This document shows, piece by piece, positions 54,030 through 58,338 of a stretch of DNA of 58,338 bases (position 1 is its first letter; every line of letters begins with the position of its first letter). The stretch lies in contig SMYD01000194.1 in NCBI GenBank assembly GCA_004356015.1, positions 1-58,338 on the forward strand, read 5' to 3'. This DNA comes from Acidobacteriota bacterium. GTDB taxonomy: Bacteria; Acidobacteriota; Polarisedimenticolia; SMYD01. The notes below the pieces were generated by a model. That model saw only the letters and a list, made by a program, of their open reading frames with translations, made no database searches and had not been told where the DNA came from. A program made the translations under genes and the position numbers.

Positions 54030-54443
54030 TCAAGAGCCGGTCTCGACGTCTGAGGCCAGTCTACCCGATCGATCCAGCAGCTTGTTGAGAGTGGCCACCA
54101 GCTTGACGGTGTCCATGGGCATCTCGAGGAAGTCATCGGCCCCATGGGTATGCATCGCCTCGTGGCGGTATCTGCGTCCCTTGTATATGGAGCTCATGAC
54201 GATCACCGGTGTCTTGCGCCCGAGGGTTGTTTTCTTGAGGTCGGCACAGACTTCAAATCCGTGTACCTTGGGCAGCATGGCTTCCAGCAGGATGAGATCC
54301 GGTTCATGCTCGAGGAAGGTCGCCATGCCCGTGGCGCCGTCCTTGGCCAGGAGAACCTTGAATCCATTCTCCTCCAGAACCTGGCGATGTTTTTCCTGAC
54401 TGCGCGGGTCATAGTGAATCACGAGGATCGTGAATGAGGTCAT
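54030..54443 (-). CDS. Single-domain response-regulator-like (receiver) protein, atypical
   Basis: CheY-like pattern ILVIHYDP..DLILLEAMLPKVHGFEV..PVIVMSS..GADDFLEMP. The phospho-acceptor position reads E and the conserved K reads M. The start is set at ATG 54443 (MTSFTILV). Confidence 0.8.
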   Translation of the reverse strand: MTSFTILVIHYDPRSQEKHRQVLEENGFKVLLAKDGATGMATFLEHEPDLILLEAMLPKVHGFEVCADLKKTTLGRKTPVIVMSSIYKGRRYRHEAMHTHGADDFLEMPMDTVKLVATLNKLLDRSGRLASDVETGS

Positions 54444-54537
54444 GGATATCCCTGAGGCATGAAAGTGACGGCGTGAGGCTAACACAGCGGCTCGCGCGCT
54501 GGCAACGACGTGCCTTATCGGGTAAAAAAGACGTGAT

Positions 54538-55902
54538 ATGGACTTGAGAGCTCACGGGGAACTGGCGTGTGCTGGACTCTCGGCGGCACGGCGCTGGGCC
54601 GGCCGGACCGCCTCAGGCGATACCTATCTCGAGGAGATCATGGCGGTTACCTGGCGGCGCGCCGCCGGCCGGGCTGTTCCTCTGCAGGTTTATCATGACC
54701 GGGGCGCCGCCATCCGGGTCTGGGTGGGTGACGAATTGCACCTGGCCTCCGCTGACGGGCCCGCAGGCCCGGCGGTGATCGCCTGCCTTCGCCAGATGGA
54801 ATTACCGGCGGTGAGGGGGGTCTCGGCCATGGGGGCCGTGGATGGCCTGGCGGCCGGCCGCGATCTGCCTCGAGCCCGGGCCTCGGGGGATGAAGCCGAT
54901 TTTCTCGCCCATCTGGAGGCGGGGTTACGCCGGGAGATGGGCCAGATGAGCTGGGATCTCTCCCTGGAGGATCGGGCCCGGGTCACCCTGGTGGCCGATG
55001 ACCAATCCCGCCTGGCCTCCGAGTCGTACCGCTGGCTGCGCCTGCGCATCAGCGGCCGCGGTGAAGGCGGACTCGCCGGCTGGTCCGGTGGCGCCGGTGA
55101 TCTGGACTCCTTGAGCCGGACGTGGCCGGTGGCCCGCCTCGCCGGCCTTCTCAGGCGACGCTGGCAGGGAAGCCGGGTGCCTCCCGGCAACCGCCCGCGC
55201 TGTACATCCGACACGCCGGTGGTCTTTGCCGCCGGCAACGGCGCCCTCCTGCTGCACGAGATGATTCATGGCCTGGAAGCGGACCAGCAGGCACGGGGAT
55301 GGTCCGTCTGGCCACCTCAGGGCGGCAAGGTGTCTTCTCTCCTGACCATCTGGGACGATCCCACACGATCCGGCCTGCGGGGGTCGTATCGTTCTGATGA
55401 TGAGGGCAGGCCCGCACGTCGCCGTCTTCTGGTGCGGCAGGGCCGCATGGTCGGCTCCCTGGGCGACCGTCGCCACGCCGGCGGAGTCGCCGGCGCTGAA
55501 GACGGCCATGGGCGGCGGTCATCGCGCCATCATCCGCCCCGCCCCCGCAGCGCCAACCTCTATATGGCCGCAGGAGACATGCCGACGTCTGCCATGAGTG
55601 TGGTCCCCCGCCCGGTGCTGTGGATTCATGATCTGGAAACTGGTGCCACCGATCCCCTGACCGGCCACGTCTGCCTGCTTGTCAGTGACGGGGAGTGGTT
55701 TCAGGATGGCCGCCCACTGGGGCCGGTCAGCGGCCTCTCCCTGCAGGGTTGGCTTCCCGACATTCTGGCGCGCGTGGATCGGGTCGCCGATGAGCGGACT
55801 GCCGACAGTGGCGCCGCCACCTGTGGTCGCGATGGCGAGGGCGTTCCCATCGGCTTCCTGACCCCGGCGTTTCGCACCTACGGCCTCACGGAGACCGCGT
55901 GA
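54538..55902 (+). CDS. TldD-family metallopeptidase-like protein (divergent)
   Basis: LLLHEMIHGLEAD (TldD HE...HGLE region), RRSSRHHPPRPRSANLYM (compare RRESY..P.PRMTN), and ATCGRDGEGVPIG (compare GMCGK.GQ.VPV). The start is uncertain: ATG 54538, or ATG 54640 with a GAGGAG RBS. Confidence 0.65.
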   Translation: MDLRAHGELACAGLSAARRWAGRTASGDTYLEEIMAVTWRRAAGRAVPLQVYHDRGAAIRVWVGDELHLASADGPAGPAVIACLRQMELPAVRGVSAMGAVDGLAAGRDLPRARASGDEADFLAHLEAGLRREMGQMSWDLSLEDRARVTLVADDQSRLASESYRWLRLRISGRGEGGLAGWSGGAGDLDSLSRTWPVARLAGLLRRRWQGSRVPPGNRPRCTSDTPVVFAAGNGALLLHEMIHGLEADQQARGWSVWPPQGGKVSSLLTIWDDPTRSGLRGSYRSDDEGRPARRRLLVRQGRMVGSLGDRRHAGGVAGAEDGHGRRSSRHHPPRPRSANLYMAAGDMPTSAMSVVPRPVLWIHDLETGATDPLTGHVCLLVSDGEWFQDGRPLGPVSGLSLQGWLPDILARVDRVADERTADSGAATCGRDGEGVPIGFLTPAFRTYGLTETA

Positions 55903-57182
55903 ATCCCGTGCTGCTCCTGCAGGAGGCCGCGGCAGCAGCCCGGGCCGCCGGCGCCGCCCGCGTGGATGTTTTTCACCGCAGTTCCCGCACCCGTCTTCTT
56001 GTTCTCGAGGCCGGCAGGCAGGAGTGGATCGAGCGCAGTGAGGAAGGCGTGGCCGTGCGCGCCTGGGCCCGTCAGGGTGAAGCGGCCCTGGCGGCCGAAA
56101 CCTGCGGTATCGATCCCCGGGAACTGGGCCGTCGCGCCGCCCTGGCCGCCGGCCTCACCGCGCCGGCACGGCGGGCGGCCAGGGCGCCCGTTGAGGGTGA
56201 GCATGAGCCAGTGGCTGAAGCGCAGGGAGAGTCCCCCGATCTCCCCATCTTCGACCCGGAGTTCCTGCGGGCCAGCCGGAAGGATCTGGAGCACCGCCTG
56301 CGGGAACTGGCCGCCGCCGCCGGCGTCGCCTGCCGGGCCGGTCTTCCCAGGACCACGCGGTCTGTCCTGCGCCTGGCCACCATGGACCGCCACCTCCTGA
56401 CCGTGGATGGTCGCCGGCAGTCATCCCGCTCGACACTGGTCTCTTTTCACCTGCGTTTCCCCAGCGCCTACGGACTGAGTTCCATCGAGATCGTGTCCCG
56501 CCGCCTGGCCGATCTGGATACGGCGCCCCTGGTGCCCTGGCTGGCGGCTCACCCGACGCCGGCAGCCTCCCTGGAATACTGGCGGGCCACGCCCGCTGAG
56601 GACGGCGAGACGGCCTTGACCCTGGCGCCCAAGGTCATGGCTTCCCTGATGGTGAGCGTGGCCGCCCGCGCGGCCGCCACGGGGAAAGCTCTGGCCTGGC
56701 CGGCGCCGGCCACTCTGCGCGACGACCCTCTCATCCCATGGGGGCCGGGCGCGACCCATCTCGATGGGGAGGGGAACGCCACTCGTGCCCAGACCCTGGC
56801 GGGGCCCGGAGGCTCGACTGCGGAAGGTGCCGTCCCGGTCGCCCTGGCGCCGCTGCGGATGTCGTTTCGCGAACCACCGCGACCCCTGCCGACCAATCTG
56901 GTGCTCCAGGGCCTGCCGTCCGGCAGCAGCGCTGCCGCGGCGTCCCGCCTGCACCTGCTGGATGTGGTGACCCGCCACGGCGGGTGGCTGGTGGTGCGCG
57001 GCACCAGGCGGCTGGATGAAGGGGGCGACAGGCCGGTCCTGGTGGAGATCCCGGCCCGGGTGGAGACGTTCTTCTCCCGGCGGGCGACCGCTGGGCCGTC
57101 CCAGCCCTTCCTGGTCGCAGATGCTTTCATCTCGACGCCGGAGGTGACCGTTCCCGGCTGGACCCTGCAGCGGCTCTCATAG
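55899..57182 (+). CDS. PmbA/TldE-like partner protein (very divergent)
   Basis: The size, the GTGA start-stop overlap with the TldD-like gene, and the N-terminal pattern (LLQEAAAAARAAGAARVDVF..RTRLLVLEAG..E.SEEGVAVRAW) resemble PmbA/TldD N-domains. C-terminal motifs are weak. Confidence 0.45.
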   Translation: MNPVLLLQEAAAAARAAGAARVDVFHRSSRTRLLVLEAGRQEWIERSEEGVAVRAWARQGEAALAAETCGIDPRELGRRAALAAGLTAPARRAARAPVEGEHEPVAEAQGESPDLPIFDPEFLRASRKDLEHRLRELAAAAGVACRAGLPRTTRSVLRLATMDRHLLTVDGRRQSSRSTLVSFHLRFPSAYGLSSIEIVSRRLADLDTAPLVPWLAAHPTPAASLEYWRATPAEDGETALTLAPKVMASLMVSVAARAAATGKALAWPAPATLRDDPLIPWGPGATHLDGEGNATRAQTLAGPGGSTAEGAVPVALAPLRMSFREPPRPLPTNLVLQGLPSGSSAAAASRLHLLDVVTRHGGWLVVRGTRRLDEGGDRPVLVEIPARVETFFSRRATAGPSQPFLVADAFISTPEVTVPGWTLQRLS

Positions 57183-57255
57183 CCTGCCGGGGAATCCGGC
57201 CATGCCACCGGGACAACGTCCGCCGGCATCATGTCGGCGATCATCTGCGTGGGGC

Positions 57256-58173
57256 CTAGAGGATAAGCCAGCGGATACCCAGGCGCAGGGAATAATCGGC
57301 TTCCAACTGGTCGCCATGGAGATTTTCCACCACCGGGAGTTGCAGGGATCCCTCCACCAGAAAGGTCCGGCCGATCATGTACTGGATGCCGGGCGCGATG
57401 AACAGGCTGGTGCCGCCGCTGGCGGCGACATCCGTGCCCCCGGCGCGGTTCCTCTCGTTGTGCACGCCATTGAATTCAAGAAAGATATTCAACTGGGGCG
57501 AAGGATAGGTCCCGTAGACTCGTGGTGAAGCGCGGAAAGCGAGAGCGGCATCAAACTGGAGCATGTTGCCGAACCGAAACCCGTCATCGCCGGTCTTGAC
57601 CTTGTAGATGAGGTCGCCATTGATGCCCCAGCGCTGCCGCAGGGCGGTGATGACGGCACCGCCCGCGTAATCCACCGAGCCGGTGCCCAGTTGCAGGGAT
57701 GGTGGCAATAACAAGCCGTCCGCTGAGCGCTGGTCATCTTCACCGGTGGGAAGTTTGAGGAAAGCGAGAAGGCTCAGCCGGGTTGTGCGCCGCGGGCGAT
57801 CGCGCTGCACAATCCGGTACTTGGCTTTCAAGGTCAGATCACCGAAGCCGGAATCGCCCAGGCGCCGGCGCTGGCCGCCTTGGGACAGGACCAGTTCCTT
57901 GTCCAGGTAGGCGATGGCGCCTGCGATCACCAGGCGGTTGGGGATGATCTCGTAAGGTACGATGAGGGGTACAGCCAGGACGCTCAGATCACGTCCTGGA
58001 GCAGACCTGTCCATGCGGTCAACAAACGAGCGAAAGGCCGCCCCCTGCAAGCCGGTGACGAAGGCCGTCTCGGTCCGTGGCGGCGGGCCGTTGGCGTATA
58101 CGCTCACCGGGACGGCAGCCAGAACGAAGAAAGACAGGGCCCCCCATGAGCGGCTGCCGCGAGGGTCCGGCAT
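57256..58173 (-). CDS. Putative outer-membrane beta-barrel protein (transporter-like)
   Basis: A signal-like N-terminus (WGALSFFVLAAVPVSVYA) and alternating hydrophobic beta-strand patterns with frequent G/Y/F. The C-terminal strand is YSLRLGIRWLIL. The start is set at ATG 58173; the longer track ORF overlaps the upstream gene end. Confidence 0.5.
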   Translation of the reverse strand: MPDPRGSRSWGALSFFVLAAVPVSVYANGPPPRTETAFVTGLQGAAFRSFVDRMDRSAPGRDLSVLAVPLIVPYEIIPNRLVIAGAIAYLDKELVLSQGGQRRRLGDSGFGDLTLKAKYRIVQRDRPRRTTRLSLLAFLKLPTGEDDQRSADGLLLPPSLQLGTGSVDYAGGAVITALRQRWGINGDLIYKVKTGDDGFRFGNMLQFDAALAFRASPRVYGTYPSPQLNIFLEFNGVHNERNRAGGTDVAASGGTSLFIAPGIQYMIGRTFLVEGSLQLPVVENLHGDQLEADYSLRLGIRWLIL

Positions 58174-58237
58174 CAGCAGGTTCCTGCATGGATTTCCGGC
58201 TCGATCAGCCGGGCAGGAAGACCATCGTCGCGGGACA

Positions 58238-58338
58238 TCAGGGAACCGCGGCGGCAGCGGCGCTGTATTCATCAACAGTGAGGGTGTAGGAAGAGGGCTC
58301 CTGCCCATCCATGTTCCGTTCCAGGATTTCGCCGCTGA
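58238..58338 (-). CDS. 3' end of an unidentified gene (5' part lies outside the window)
   Basis: The open minus-strand frame from the window edge, ..SGEILERNMDGQEPSSYTLTVDEYSAAAAAVP, ends at TGA 58240-58238. It is too short to classify. Confidence 0.3.
   Translation of the reverse strand, partial: SGEILERNMDGQEPSSYTLTVDEYSAAAAAVP

Overview
This is a GC-rich bacterial chromosomal segment (most third codon positions are G/C) that contains the replication-origin neighbourhood. I could not assign a phylum from the sequence alone.

Gene content, left of about 23 kb (mostly minus strand):
- S9-peptidase-like gene (partial)
- larB-dnaG-rpoD
- PilZ-ubiX-ubiA and hup on the plus strand
- a small ORF
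- a GAF/sigma-54 activator
- an acyl-CoA carboxylase set (carboxyltransferase, biotin carboxylase, BCCP)
- gyrA, gyrB, recF, dnaN, dnaA

Gene content, right of about 23 kb (plus strand):
- rpmH-rnpA-yidD-yidC-mnmE-mnmG-rsmG
- parS-parA-parB-bactofilin
- atpHAGDC
- an orphan solute-binding protein, a GT2 glycosyltransferase, mfd
- a SurA-like PPIase, dus, and an Hfq-like gene

A minus-strand block follows (45.7-54.5 kb): suhB, xerC, ECF sigma / ZAS anti-sigma / ECF sigma, trmFO, a short topA-like 3' remnant, dprA, folC, accD, and an atypical receiver protein. The window ends with a TldD/PmbA pair and a putative outer-membrane barrel.

I found no rRNA, tRNA, CRISPR array, transposase, prophage or recognisable defence genes. 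Nearly all long ORFs are core housekeeping genes. Many long antisense ORFs are GC-composition shadows.

I do not see a convincing novel multi-gene system. The most notable sequence-level observations are:
- An origin-unwinding module in the dnaA-dnaN spacer: two abutting DnaA-box-like 9-mers, then (TAG)x5 trinucleotide repeats, then an AT-rich tract.
- A second origin half upstream of dnaA, with an inverted TTTTCCACA pair and an AT-rich tract.
- A GGACAG-core motif over-represented between dnaA and rpmH.
- A perfect palindromic parS.
- parB translationally coupled to a bactofilin.
- A vestigial topA zinc-ribbon fragment exactly where topA sits in the conserved dprA-topA-trmFO-xerC arrangement.
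- An ECF/ZAS/ECF module inserted in that same block.
- A receiver domain lacking the phospho-Asp and the conserved Lys.
- Three short AT-rich, rare-codon islands inside conserved genes.

All functional calls come from motif recognition by eye. No database search was run.
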